From Cenarchaeum sp. (lineage in GTDB: Archaea; Thermoproteota; Nitrososphaeria; Nitrososphaerales; Nitrosopumilaceae): a stretch of 64,000 bases of DNA. A program made the translations under genes and the position numbers. The notes under the pieces were generated by a model. The model searched no databases, was not told where the DNA came from, and saw only the letters and a program-made list of their open reading frames with translations. The stretch covers positions 832,001-896,000 of the forward strand of contig OY843584.1 of the NCBI GenBank assembly GCA_963692915.1. The letters are read 5' to 3'. Shown here piece by piece: positions 39,941 to 49,882 of this stretch; position 1 is the first letter of the stretch, and the number at the start of each line of letters is the position of its first letter.

Positions 39941-40343
39941 GTCCAAGGCCCTCATAGAACGGCACGAGGTCATCAGAGCACTCGAGGACGACCTTGTAGC
40001 AGCCGGCGCGGCGCGCCTCGGCGATCGCCGCGCGAACCAGGGCGCCCCCGATGCCATCACGCTGGTGGCCCTTGCGAACCGCGACGTCCTCGATGTGGCC
40101 CACAAGGCCCCCGTCATGGATGAACTTGCGCTCGATGAGGAGCGTCACGGTCCCGACTATGCGGCCGTCGCGCTCGGCCACAAGTGTCGTGTGGCCGTCG
40201 TTGGCCTCTATGGCGTCCATGACACGCATGGCAGTCTCCCTGTCCATGCCGCTAGCGCTGCGCAGCGAGTCAAGTGACTCAAGGAACCCTGCGCCAAGGT
40301 CAGCACGTCTCAGCGGCCTTATCACGGGATCCATGGCGCTCAT
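39900..40343 (-). CDS. GNAT acetyltransferase (glucosamine-6-phosphate N-acetyltransferase-like)
   Basis: ERKFIH...GHIEDVAV...Q..GIG, CYKVVLEC. Confidence 0.9.
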   Translation of the reverse strand: MSAMDPVIRPLRRADLGAGFLESLDSLRSASGMDRETAMRVMDAIEANDGHTTLVAERDGRIVGTVTLLIERKFIHDGGLVGHIEDVAVRKGHQRDGIGGALVRAAIAEARRAGCYKVVLECSDDLVPFYEGLGLSRHSVSMRCDLD

Positions 40344-41035
40344 GCGTCCTGCCCCCCAAGGCGGGCCTGTGCGCGCTCATAGGAGGCAATGTCGCCAATG
40401 TCGACAAACTCGCCGCGCGCGCGGTACTCGCGCACGCGCATGCCGCGAGCAATGGCGCGTCTCACGGCCGCATCCATTCCGAGTGCGCGATTTGGCGGGA
40501 TGAGCGCAAGGACTGCCGGCTCGATGACATAGCAGCCGACGTTTATGAGCGACTCGATACGCGGCTTTTCGTCCCATGATGTCACCGTGCCGGCGCGCGT
40601 CGCAGTAATGACGCCATACGGGACTGTCGTTGTGTGCATGTGCGTGGCGATAGTCATTGCCGGACGCGTGCGCACGTGCTGCCTGACCATGGCACGAAGC
40701 GAGTGGCCAAATATCGAGTCGCCATACATGCACACAAACGCAGAGTCTAGGAGGCCACTTGCGGCACGAAGCTGTCCGGCAGTCGCCATTGGCCGAGGCG
40801 TTGCGGCGTACTCGATGCGCACGCCAAAGTCTGACCCATCGCCAAAGTGGCCCTCGATCGACTCGCGGAGGTGACTCACGCAGAGCACGATGTCCCGTAT
40901 GCCGGCCTTGCGTGTCCACTCAACGAGGTGCTCTAGTATTGGACGGCCGGCAAGCGGGAGCATCGGCTTTGGCGTTGTTGTCGTGTATGAGCCCATGCGC
41001 TCCCCGAGCCCGCCTGCAAGCATCACGGCCTTCAT
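40340..41035 (-). CDS. Sugar-phosphate nucleotidyltransferase
   Basis: LAGGLGERM, PKPML, YGD, EKP, DIG. Confidence 0.92.
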   Translation of the reverse strand: MKAVMLAGGLGERMGSYTTTTPKPMLPLAGRPILEHLVEWTRKAGIRDIVLCVSHLRESIEGHFGDGSDFGVRIEYAATPRPMATAGQLRAASGLLDSAFVCMYGDSIFGHSLRAMVRQHVRTRPAMTIATHMHTTTVPYGVITATRAGTVTSWDEKPRIESLINVGCYVIEPAVLALIPPNRALGMDAAVRRAIARGMRVREYRARGEFVDIGDIASYERAQARLGGQDA

Positions 41036-41053
41036 GCATGAGCGTGTCGGCGC

Positions 41054-42355
41054 CTATAATTTATGTTGAGCAGCACGCGCGGCGATTCGGCGAACCTTGC
41101 GCAGCACGTCACCGGGATCGCGGCCAAAGACTAGGGCCATGGGCTCCTTGCCGTGCGCGCCGGCATGGTGAACAACGTCAGGCGGGGTCACTCGCCGCGC
41201 GATGGCCTCGCGCACGCCCCATGCGACAGTCGTGCCCTCGAGGCGCGCGCGCGCGCGCGGCTCGCGGGCGCGATCGTATGACGAGAGCGACATGCCAAGG
41301 CGGCGCATCGCGCCAAGCGTTGCCGGCGAGCGGCGGATGTTGGCGCACGAGGAGACGTCCGGAAACCTCTCACGCATGGCGGCCAGCGCAGAGGCGACGT
41401 GGCGCGAGCCGCCGCGCTCAAGGCTGCCTACGGGGATGAGGCGCGTGCCGGCCCTGACGATTCTCCCGCTCATGCCGATCATGTCCTGCGCCGAGGAGGA
41501 CCCTGGCGTGGCGACGACAAAGTTTGTCTGGCACTCGGGGACTAGCGCGTGTGCGCCGCGCGTGGAGCACATGCCCGCTATTGCCGCAGCAAGTCCTGCG
41601 ACATGGGGCGAGTCGCGCAGTCCCGTGATCGCAAGGCCGCGGCCGGGCGAGGCGGCCGCATCGAGGTGCGATGCGGCGATCGTGTGGGCCATGCGAGCAG
41701 CCTCGTATGGGCTGCGCCGGCGCGCAAGCGCAAACGCCAAGGCCGCCGAGTGCGCGCATCCGCCCCCGTGGCTCTGCTCAGCGTGTGCTGGACCGCGGAT
41801 CACGCGCTTGCGCGGCGCGTACACGTGATCGCATATGCGTCCGGCGCACGGCACGCCTGTCACGATGACAGCGCCGCACCCGAAACCCAAGAGTGCGCGT
41901 GCGCTCGCGTCAGGCCCGCGCCTCGCCGAGATGGCCTCGGCCTCCTCGAGGTTTGGCGTGACGGCTGCCGCTAGAGGGAGCATCTCAGAGCAGAGGGCCG
42001 GAATCGCGGTCCGCCGGAGCAGGACACCTCCCGTCGTTGAGCGGATCACAGGGTCGACCACTATGGGGGCACTAGAGCCGCGAATCGCCGAGGCGACTGC
42101 GCGCACCGTGGCAGCAGAGTGGAGCATGCCGACCTTTATTGCGTCAAGCTCAAAGTCTGCCATCACCGAGTCGATCTGCGCGCGTATGGCCGCCGGCGCG
42201 AGCGCGTGCGTGCCCGAGTACGATGACGTGCCCTGTGCCGTTATCGCAGTTATCGCCGTGACGCAGTGGGCGCCGAGTGCCGAGAGAACCCTCACGTCAC
42301 CCTGCACGCCGGCGCCAGAGGACGGATCAGAGCCCCCTATTGACAGAATGTTCAC
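41054..42355 (-). CDS. thiD: HMP/HMP-P kinase fused to ThiN thiamine-phosphate synthase
   Basis: GGSDPSSGAGVQGD, VVDPV, TPNLEEA, HGGGC; C-terminal PECQTN, GGSRHVA, GKEPM. Confidence 0.92.
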   Translation of the reverse strand: MNILSIGGSDPSSGAGVQGDVRVLSALGAHCVTAITAITAQGTSSYSGTHALAPAAIRAQIDSVMADFELDAIKVGMLHSAATVRAVASAIRGSSAPIVVDPVIRSTTGGVLLRRTAIPALCSEMLPLAAAVTPNLEEAEAISARRGPDASARALLGFGCGAVIVTGVPCAGRICDHVYAPRKRVIRGPAHAEQSHGGGCAHSAALAFALARRRSPYEAARMAHTIAASHLDAAASPGRGLAITGLRDSPHVAGLAAAIAGMCSTRGAHALVPECQTNFVVATPGSSSAQDMIGMSGRIVRAGTRLIPVGSLERGGSRHVASALAAMRERFPDVSSCANIRRSPATLGAMRRLGMSLSSYDRAREPRARARLEGTTVAWGVREAIARRVTPPDVVHHAGAHGKEPMALVFGRDPGDVLRKVRRIAARAAQHKL

Positions 42356-42900
42356 CGACGCTCACCGCGTTGCGCGGCATGGAGCCATGCGAGCCATGCT
42401 CAGGACGTCTCCTGTGCGCACCTGAATGAGCAGAACCTGCTCCCCGTGCCCTCAAACTCGCGGCCGCAATGCCGGCACTCCCGCGCTAGTCTCATGCTGT
42501 TGGTCACGCGTCTTGGCCAATATAACTGCGATCCAGATCCCTTATAGCCAGAATGGGCGCCCATGCAGTCTGAGGCGAGCCATCACAAAGGCGTGCTGGG
42601 CAGCACGTGGCCGTGGCACGTTCTGCCGGTGCGTCGAGCCGGTGAGGCCATGCGTTCACGCGGTACGGGCTTGAGCCTGTGCAGGAATTGCGTCTGCGAC
42701 ATGCCGCACGCCGGTGTGGCGCATTTCCTGATGGGCAAGCCGTGCCTGAAATCATGCGGCAAGAATCGCCCAATTGCGCACAATGCGCCGTGAACTAGTC
42801 ATGTGCCATCCTATGGCCGATGCGCCATAGCCCATGGCATGGCCTGATGGCTCAGGCACGCCAATTGCGCGCAAAGGACACGCCATAAAGCGTCGTTACG

Positions 42901-43398
42901 CTAGTGAAACGGGTATGTGCTCCAGGCCGGAGGCTCGATGAACGTCCCCACCACGGTCATTGCCATGATAAATCCAAAGACACACAGTGATATCAGCATG
43001 ATGTTCCAGTGTTGGGTGTGCTTTTTGCGGAGAAGAGACGAGTTATAGGCCACCGCGTTATGGAGCTCATCCACAATCTGGTTCCAATATGACCTAGTCT
43101 CATCATCATCCAGTGCAGACATTTCTGCGCCAGACGGAACTAGTTGTGGTCCCACAGCCAATGTCATGTTACTCAGCATCTGCACGCCAATCCTGATTGG
43201 AACCGCGATTGTAAAGGCCACTGCTCCGACAAGCGTGATCAGGTTCACTGCCGGGCTAAACGCATAGGCAAGCAGCATGGCAACTACTAGTGACAGAAAG
43301 AGGGAAGCCTTGATGTCAACGTGGTTGCAGAGAGCGCCCAGGTGATTACACTGCTGCTGCAGGTAGGGGGCAGTATCACGACTCGTCGTCGTCGTCAT
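42901..43398 (-). CDS. Three-TM membrane protein resembling Pycsar-effector/DUF5706 proteins
   Basis: VDIKASLFLSL before TM1 and NSSLLRKK before the last TM. Confidence 0.55.
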   Translation of the reverse strand: MTTTTSRDTAPYLQQQCNHLGALCNHVDIKASLFLSLVVAMLLAYAFSPAVNLITLVGAVAFTIAVPIRIGVQMLSNMTLAVGPQLVPSGAEMSALDDDETRSYWNQIVDELHNAVAYNSSLLRKKHTQHWNIMLISLCVFGFIMAMTVVGTFIEPPAWSTYPFH

Positions 43399-43576
43399 AG
43401 ATGAAATCCGACCTCCGTGCGTCAAACGTGCTGTATATGTGAGATATCGGGAGTCGTTTGGGGCCGATGTATATCGTGTTGGCCTTGTCTGCCTCGCGAC
43501 TCAGCTTGTACAGCTCGGCATCGCTCATCTCGCACCTGCGTGCAGCCGTCATCCAGCCGCGTAACCAGTCCCACAT
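43376..43576 (-). CDS. 66-aa small protein, copy 1
   Basis: MWDWLRGW...YDDDDES; TATATATA ~25 nt upstream; frame conserved in the diverged duplicate. Confidence 0.65.
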   Translation of the reverse strand: MWDWLRGWMTAARRCEMSDAELYKLSREADKANTIYIGPKRLPISHIYSTFDARRSDFIYDDDDES

Positions 43577-43848
43577 TGCCGCAGTTAGACGGGTCGGCAT
43601 ATATATATGATCTCTAGACGTTACGCACGAGCGCGCGTCTTGAGACGCGCGTTTGGCACCTGTCCTAATGCCCTGTTTCACAGCCCCGCCCCGGCGAGCG
43701 GCAACTCTGGCCAAAATGCAAATGTGGAAGCCCGCACGCCGATGCCGCGTCGACACGCGTGGCAGACGCGAGGTACGCGGGCAAGGGCAGAATGCCCGTA
43801 AAGAACCAGAGCACAGGGTGGGCAAGGCGCAAGATCTACGGGGCAGTA

Positions 43849-44049
43849 TCACGACTCGTCGTCGTCGTCATAGATGAAATCCGACCTCCGCGCGTCAAAT
43901 GTTGTGTACAGTGTAGTTATGGGCAAGCGGTTGGGGCCTATGTATACCGTGTTGGCCTCGTCTGTCTCGCGACTCAGCCTGTCCAGCTCGGCGTCGCTCA
44001 TCTCGCACCTGCGCGCAGCCGTCATCCAGCCGCGAAACCAGTCCCACAT
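43849..44049 (-). CDS. 66-aa small protein, copy 2
   Basis: MWDWFRGW...YDDDDES, same length, many synonymous differences. Confidence 0.62.
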   Translation of the reverse strand: MWDWFRGWMTAARRCEMSDAELDRLSRETDEANTVYIGPNRLPITTLYTTFDARRSDFIYDDDDES

Positions 44050-44177
44050 TGCCACAGTTGGACGTGTCGGCGCATATATGTGATCTCTAGGCCTTGCGCA
44101 CGGGCGTGCGCCCCACGACGCGCATTTGGCGCCAGAGGCAGCCACTGTTTAAATCCCTCTGTGCTGCCATGCGCGCC

Positions 44178-45560
44178 ATGGGCACACAGATGGGAGCAGC
44201 AAGGCGCGGGGAGATAACCGATCAGATGCGCCGCGTTGCCGCTGATGAGGGCGTCGATGCGGAGTGGCTAGCAAGACGCATGGCCACAGGCTCCATAATA
44301 ATACCCTCAAACGTGCGTCGGCCGCAGTCCATACACAACGTCGGCATAGGGAAGGGCCTCAAGACAAAGGTCAACGTGAATATCGGCACGTCGACGCTCC
44401 ACGTCGACGTCGAGGCGGAGGCCCAAAAGGCGCGAACCGCCGTAAAGCACCATGCCGACACGATAATGGACCTCAGTGACGGGGGCGACGTCGGCGCGAT
44501 AAGGAGGCGCCTCATGGACGAGGCCCGCATAACGTTTGGAACCGTCCCGATATACGAGGCATACAACCGCGGCGTCGAAAAGCACAGAGACCCGCTTGCA
44601 ATAAGCGAGGATGACTTTATTGCGGCATTTGAGTCCAACGCGCGAGACGGAGTCGACTATACGACGATACACTCGGGCATCACCATGGACATTGCAAAAC
44701 GCATAGAGCGCGTGCGAAGGCATGGCGGAATAGTTAGCAAGGGCGGAACGATAACTGCGGCATGGATGATGCGCCATGGCAAGGAGAACCCATACCACTC
44801 AAACTATGACTATCTCCTCGAGGTCGCAAAGGAGCACGACGTGACGTTTAGCCTCGGCGATGCGCTCAGGCCCGGCTCGATACTCGACTCGCATGACGAG
44901 CTGCAGGTGCAAGAGATGATCAACATTAGCGATCTCACAAAACGCGCGCACGAGTCTGACGTCCAGGTCATGGTCGAGGGTCCCGGCCATGTCCCGCTCA
45001 ACGAGGTTGCAGCAAACGTCCGCATCGCAAAGGCGCTCATAGGCGAAGTTCCGTACTATGTCCTCGGCCCGCTAGTGACTGACATTGCGTCTGGCCACGA
45101 TCACATTGCGAGCGCAATCGGCGCTGCAGTGTCAGCAGCCGAGGGAGTCGACCTGCTCTGCTACCTGACGGCATCCGAGCACCTTGCGCTTCCCAATGAC
45201 GCCGAGGTAAAGGATGGGCTGATCGCGTACAGGATAGCGGCCCATGCCGGAGACCTCGTCAAGAACCGCGAGCGCGCCATAAAGTGGGATCGCGCCATGA
45301 CCAAGGCGCGCCGCACGCTTGACTGGGAGGCGCAGATCGCCCTCTCAATAGACCCCGAAAAGGCCGCCGCGATCCACTCGCGCACAGGCCAGCACCCCGG
45401 CAACAACGTCCCGTGCACAATGTGCGGCGGCGCGTGCGTGTATGTCATGCTGCCGCAGCAGCGCTCCTATGACCCCGAGGAGCCATCTGGCGCCGAGCCC
45501 GAGGTCGTCCCCCTAGAGAAGCGAGTCGAGCGTCCCGGCCAGGCACGGGACGGAGTCTAG
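44178..45560 (+). CDS. thiC: Phosphomethylpyrimidine synthase
   Basis: KVNVNIGTS, DTIMDLS, GTVPIY, SLGDALRPG, EGPGH, CTMCG..C. Confidence 0.97.
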   Translation: MGTQMGAARRGEITDQMRRVAADEGVDAEWLARRMATGSIIIPSNVRRPQSIHNVGIGKGLKTKVNVNIGTSTLHVDVEAEAQKARTAVKHHADTIMDLSDGGDVGAIRRRLMDEARITFGTVPIYEAYNRGVEKHRDPLAISEDDFIAAFESNARDGVDYTTIHSGITMDIAKRIERVRRHGGIVSKGGTITAAWMMRHGKENPYHSNYDYLLEVAKEHDVTFSLGDALRPGSILDSHDELQVQEMINISDLTKRAHESDVQVMVEGPGHVPLNEVAANVRIAKALIGEVPYYVLGPLVTDIASGHDHIASAIGAAVSAAEGVDLLCYLTASEHLALPNDAEVKDGLIAYRIAAHAGDLVKNRERAIKWDRAMTKARRTLDWEAQIALSIDPEKAAAIHSRTGQHPGNNVPCTMCGGACVYVMLPQQRSYDPEEPSGAEPEVVPLEKRVERPGQARDGV

Positions 45561-45914
45561 TAGCCGCAGCGAGTCGCGCGCAACCCAGCGGTGCTCAGAG
45601 CTCTCCCAGTTTAGCGTGACCTGTCGGTCGCGCGCCTCAAAGAGAAACGCGTGTATGCGCCACTCGCCGGCGTGCTTCTCGGACCTCACCATGGCCGGCG
45701 GCGCCGAGGAGACGAGGCGCAGCGAGTCGCGCGCGATTCCGGCCTCCTCTAGTAGCTCGGCATATGCGCGCTCTAGGGCAGCCTCGCCGGCATTTATGCT
45801 CCCGCTTATTGCCGACCACAGCCCGCGCATCGTGCGCACGCGCTGGCTGCGGCGCACCACAAGATACTCGTTATTGTTGCGCACAAATGACGTCGCGACG
45901 TTGCGCGCATCCAA
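45513..45914 (-). CDS. NUDIX hydrolase
   Basis: SGSINAGEAALERAYAELLEEAG Nudix box, LNWE. Confidence 0.9.
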   Translation of the reverse strand: MDARNVATSFVRNNNEYLVVRRSQRVRTMRGLWSAISGSINAGEAALERAYAELLEEAGIARDSLRLVSSAPPAMVRSEKHAGEWRIHAFLFEARDRQVTLNWESSEHRWVARDSLRLLDSVPCLAGTLDSLL

Positions 45915-45916
45915 GG

Positions 45917-46774
45917 CTACTTTTTGTCCATCACGCGCGACATTGCAATCATCTTTTTGTACGACTCGGAGGTTCCGCCGTTGGCCTCTATCCTGGCCTG
46001 GCACGCGCGCACATAGTCGGTGACCTCTTCGGACTTGTTCTCCTGGACTGCGGTGAGGAGGCGCCCGATGTCCTTCCAGAGCTCCTCGGCGATGCGGCGC
46101 AGCTGTGGGTTTGATATTATCGTGTCAATCAGGTCAGGCGTCTCGGACATTATGCTGTCAGAGAGCGCCTTTTGTATCCGGAACGTGCTGCCTGACATCT
46201 TGTGCGTGAGCGACGGCTTTTCATCCTTTGAGACAATGCTCGCAAATGCGATATTGACAAGGTGCGTGAGGCCGAGTATGACGGCGACCCTCTTGTCATG
46301 CTCGGCAGAGTCGATAGTGACGAACGTCGCGTCCGGAAAGAGCAACTTTGAGACGGTGATCTCCTTTTTCCCGTCCCTTATCGGCACAGAGATGATGTTC
46401 TGGCCCTTTGCGCCCTTGGCTCCCGGCCCGAACATTGGGTGTATGCAGACCGGAACGACCTTTGAGGGAACGCGTGAGAGGGCCGGCGCAGTCTTTAGCT
46501 TTTGCGACGATATGTCGATAAGGTACGCATCACGCCTCATCTCCTTGGCGATTAGCCTGATGATCTCTGGCGTCTTTCGTGTCGGCGTGCACAGTATCAC
46601 ATAGTCTGCCTCGAGGATCGCCCCGACGAGTGAGGAGCCCTTTGTGACCCCCTTTGGAAGTGATCTCGACTCGTCCTCGTCATATCCTGTAACGTCATAC
46701 TTTGGCGCAAAGTAGCGACACATCCACGTGCCCATCTGCCCTGCGGCCCCAATCACGGACACCCGCTTCTTCAT
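45917..46774 (-). CDS. tyrA: Prephenate/arogenate dehydrogenase
   Basis: GAAGQMG, DISSQK, HPMFGP, EHD...LGLTH. Confidence 0.93.
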   Translation of the reverse strand: MKKRVSVIGAAGQMGTWMCRYFAPKYDVTGYDEDESRSLPKGVTKGSSLVGAILEADYVILCTPTRKTPEIIRLIAKEMRRDAYLIDISSQKLKTAPALSRVPSKVVPVCIHPMFGPGAKGAKGQNIISVPIRDGKKEITVSKLLFPDATFVTIDSAEHDKRVAVILGLTHLVNIAFASIVSKDEKPSLTHKMSGSTFRIQKALSDSIMSETPDLIDTIISNPQLRRIAEELWKDIGRLLTAVQENKSEEVTDYVRACQARIEANGGTSESYKKMIAMSRVMDKK

Positions 46775-46777
46775 GCC

Positions 46778-48169
46778 CTAGGCTCCAGAGACGACGCTAT
46801 TTAGTATATCCATTCCACGCGCCAACGTGCGCGCATCGCGGCATGCCGAGAGGCGCACAAACTGCCCATATCCGCCAAATGCGGCTCCCGGCGCTATCGC
46901 AAGACCCCTTTTGAGGCACTCGAGGGCAACCTCACCGCCGTCTAGGCCGCCCGGAAGGCGCGCAAAGAGGTACATTGCGCCATCTGGCTCGGCGAACTCG
47001 AGACCCATGGCCGATGCCTGCGGCGAGAGGCCGGCGAGCCTCGAGAGAATGTCGTGTGACGCACCTGGCGGCTCGGCCTGCAGTGCGGCTAGCGACGCAT
47101 ACTGGATCGGCGAGGGCACGCACGTGAGGCAGAGCGACTGTAGGCGACCCATGCGCCGTATCTCCTCGGGTGGCGCTATGGCATATCCGGCGCGAAACCC
47201 CGTCATCGCGTGCGACTTTGAGAGTGACTGCGTCACGATCGTCTTGTCATGGTCAAACTCCAGTGCACTGTGCCATTCCGTGCGCGAATAGAGCGAGTAT
47301 ATCTCGTCGCTCAGGACATAGAGCGAGTGGCGTGCTGCAATGTCCATGATCTCCTTTTGCCTGCGCCGTGGCAGAACCTTGCCCGTGGGGTTGTTTGGGT
47401 AGTTTATCGCAATCATTTTCGTGTTTGGCGTTATGGCCGACTCGATCTCAGACATGTCTGGCTCCCAGCTTGACTCTAGTGTGGTGTGGATGTGCCGAAC
47501 CTTTACGCCAGCGCGCATTGCGCACTGGGCATATGCTGGCCATGCAGGCTCGATAACTATGATCTCATCGCCCGGATCAAGAAGTGACTCGATGGCAAGG
47601 TATATGGCAAATCTCGCGCCCATTGTGACTATGACATTGTCATGCGAGAGTCCGGCTGTGTGTGCAGACTCTACTCTGGCTATGACGTCGCGCAGCTCGG
47701 TCATTCCAAGGGCAGTGCCATACTTTGTGTGTCCCTTGGCGCACGCAGATGCCAGCGCGTCGACTGCGTGTCCTGACGGCTCCGAGTCTGGCTCGCCGAC
47801 CTCCATGTGGACAATGCTCTGACCCTCCTCCTCTAGCCTCTTTGCCTCCTGAAATATCGCCGTGTGCGACGGTGCGGCGCCTGATGCGGCCGCAGACTGG
47901 ACCTGCACGGACTCGTTTAGCAAAAAGTTCAGCAGCCTCGAGGCCATTGCGGCCTCGTCACCGTCGGCACACGACTCGATGACCTTTGTGCGCAGATCCC
48001 CCTCGCGCCCACAGTCATCAACTGGCGCACCCATGCCGCGCTTGGCCTCGCCTATGCGGCGTGCGAGCTCCGAGCGCCTGCCTAGGAGACGAACCATCTC
48101 CAGTGTGACTGTGTCCATCTCCTCGCGCAGGGGCTCGAGGGGACCGGCATCAGAGGACGGGTTTGACAA
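46778..48169 (-). CDS. Chorismate mutase (AroQ) fused to a class I/II aminotransferase
   Basis: LREEMD...LLGRR...IGEAK...RE then GEPD, NYPNNPTG, SDEIY, SLSKSHAMTGFRAG. Confidence 0.9.
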   Translation of the reverse strand: MSNPSSDAGPLEPLREEMDTVTLEMVRLLGRRSELARRIGEAKRGMGAPVDDCGREGDLRTKVIESCADGDEAAMASRLLNFLLNESVQVQSAAASGAAPSHTAIFQEAKRLEEEGQSIVHMEVGEPDSEPSGHAVDALASACAKGHTKYGTALGMTELRDVIARVESAHTAGLSHDNVIVTMGARFAIYLAIESLLDPGDEIIVIEPAWPAYAQCAMRAGVKVRHIHTTLESSWEPDMSEIESAITPNTKMIAINYPNNPTGKVLPRRRQKEIMDIAARHSLYVLSDEIYSLYSRTEWHSALEFDHDKTIVTQSLSKSHAMTGFRAGYAIAPPEEIRRMGRLQSLCLTCVPSPIQYASLAALQAEPPGASHDILSRLAGLSPQASAMGLEFAEPDGAMYLFARLPGGLDGGEVALECLKRGLAIAPGAAFGGYGQFVRLSACRDARTLARGMDILNSVVSGA

Positions 48170-49244
48170 ATCCCCCCACCAGTGCAAGGTCGGCCATAAT
48201 GAGGCTCACAAGCGAGTCGACGACAGGTGGCGCGCGCGGAACCACGCATGGGTCATGCCTGCCGCGCACTCGCAGGATCGCCGGCTTGCGCGTCTTGGCA
48301 TTGACAGTCGGCTGGTCCATCGCTATTGACGAGACTGGCTTGAAGGCGACGTTCATCGTTATCGGCATGCCATTGGAGATCCCCCCAAGAATGCCGCCTG
48401 AGTTGTTTGTGCGCGTGATTATGCGCGAGCGCTTGATCTCGTATGTGTCGTTGTTCTGCGAGCCCGAGCTGGCCGCGCCGGCAAATCCAGATCCAAACTC
48501 GACGCCCTTTACTGACGGTATGGAGAACATTGCGCGGCTTAGGTCTGACTCGATGGACGCAAACAGCGGCTCGCCGAGTCCGACTGGAACGCCTGTTGTG
48601 ACCGAGCGGACAATTCCCCCCAGCGAGTCTCCGGCGCGCCGCGCCGACATGACAAGCTCGCGCATTCGTGACGCAGCCCTTGCGTCAGGACAACGCACAT
48701 CGTTGCGGTACATTGCACGCAGCGCACTAGGTGTCGGCTCGCCTTCCATCGACACTCCGCCGATCTGCGCCGTGTACGAGTGTGTCTTTATGCCAAGCGT
48801 AACATCAATGAGCTTGCGCGCAATTGCCCCGCCCATGATGTGCGTGGCCGTCAGCCTGCCTGAGAATCGCCCGCCGCCACGATGGTCGCCGTGGCCGCCA
48901 TACTTTACCATCGACGTATAGTCCGCATGGCCTGGCCTCAGCAGACGCTCAAGGGCATCATATGACCTCGAGTCGGCATCCTTGTTCCATGTCAGCATTG
49001 CGATCGGCGCGCCCGTCGTGCGCCCCCTAAACACTCCAGAGAGTATCTCCACGCGGTCAGGCTCCTTGCGCTGTGTCGCTATGGCCGACTGACCCGGTCG
49101 GCGCTGATCAAGCATTGGCTGTATGTCGCGCTCGGAGAGGCGCAGGCCGGCCGGGCACCCGTCAAGAACAGCACCGACGCACTTGCCATGGCTCTCGCCA
49201 AAGCTTGTTAGAACAAGGCGCCGGCCAATCGAGCTCTCTGACAA
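48150..49244 (-). CDS. aroC: Chorismate synthase
   Basis: GESHG, RPGHAD, GGGRFSGR, NNSGGILGGISNG, GRHDPC. Confidence 0.97.
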   Translation of the reverse strand: MSESSIGRRLVLTSFGESHGKCVGAVLDGCPAGLRLSERDIQPMLDQRRPGQSAIATQRKEPDRVEILSGVFRGRTTGAPIAMLTWNKDADSRSYDALERLLRPGHADYTSMVKYGGHGDHRGGGRFSGRLTATHIMGGAIARKLIDVTLGIKTHSYTAQIGGVSMEGEPTPSALRAMYRNDVRCPDARAASRMRELVMSARRAGDSLGGIVRSVTTGVPVGLGEPLFASIESDLSRAMFSIPSVKGVEFGSGFAGAASSGSQNNDTYEIKRSRIITRTNNSGGILGGISNGMPITMNVAFKPVSSIAMDQPTVNAKTRKPAILRVRGRHDPCVVPRAPPVVDSLVSLIMADLALVGGFVKPVL

Positions 49245-49452
49245 TGCAGCGCGTTTTGCGGCCGTGGCGCATATAACTCCTTACAGGTTTACGGCCTCGT
49301 AGCATGCCGCAGGGGCAAGGCGCATCTCGAGCCGGCAAGCGTGCAGAGCCGGAGCAGGCGCAAGTGTCCCATGCGCGACACACGCGTGAGGAGGCGAGGC
49401 GTGGCGCAGGCGCCCAATATGATAAAATAGGGCGGATCGGCTCCGTGCGTCC

Positions 49453-49860
49453 GTGTCAGCCGATCCAAACAGCATACCGCCCGTACTTCGCGAGCAGGTC
49501 GAAAAGCTGCAGCAGATGCAGAGCAGCCTCCAGGGCGTCGCGGCTCAAAAGCAGCAGGTCGAAGTCGAGCGCCTCGAGGTCGACCGTGCCCTAGAGGAGC
49601 TCAAAAAGGCCGGCGAGGACGAGACCGTCTACAAGCATGCCGGCTCGATACTCATAAAGACGACGCGTGATGCCCTAATCGCCGAGCTCGAGGAGAGAAA
49701 AGAGCTCTCCGCGACGCGCCAGACCGTCCTCTCAAAGCAGGACGCGCGGCTGCGCGAGAGCCTAAAGGAGCAGGAGGCAAAGGTCACCGACATGATAAGG
49801 GGAATGCAGGGTCCCGGCGGGCCGGCTCCACAGGGCACCCAGCCCCCTGCGCAATCGTGA
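49453..49860 (+). CDS. pfdB: Prefoldin beta subunit
   Basis: Coiled coil - VYKHAGSILIK hairpin - coiled coil. Confidence 0.93.
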   Translation: MSADPNSIPPVLREQVEKLQQMQSSLQGVAAQKQQVEVERLEVDRALEELKKAGEDETVYKHAGSILIKTTRDALIAELEERKELSATRQTVLSKQDARLRESLKEQEAKVTDMIRGMQGPGGPAPQGTQPPAQS

Positions 49861-49882
49861 TATAGCGCACAGCGTAACGTGT

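Larger units (their letters stand above)
43367..44133. repeat. Diverged direct repeat of ~295 bp (43367-43660 and 43840-44133)
   Basis: Alignable by eye throughout; 473-bp offset. Confidence 0.9.

Noticed and set aside
42356-42900. TPP riboswitch or coding gene upstream of thiD
   Set aside because: No TPP aptamer consensus found, and the ORFs there lack recognisable motifs.
46778-48169. Chorismate mutase-aminotransferase fusion as a novelty
   Set aside because: It fits the aroC-tyrA operon, and I recall it as typical of this archaeal group.
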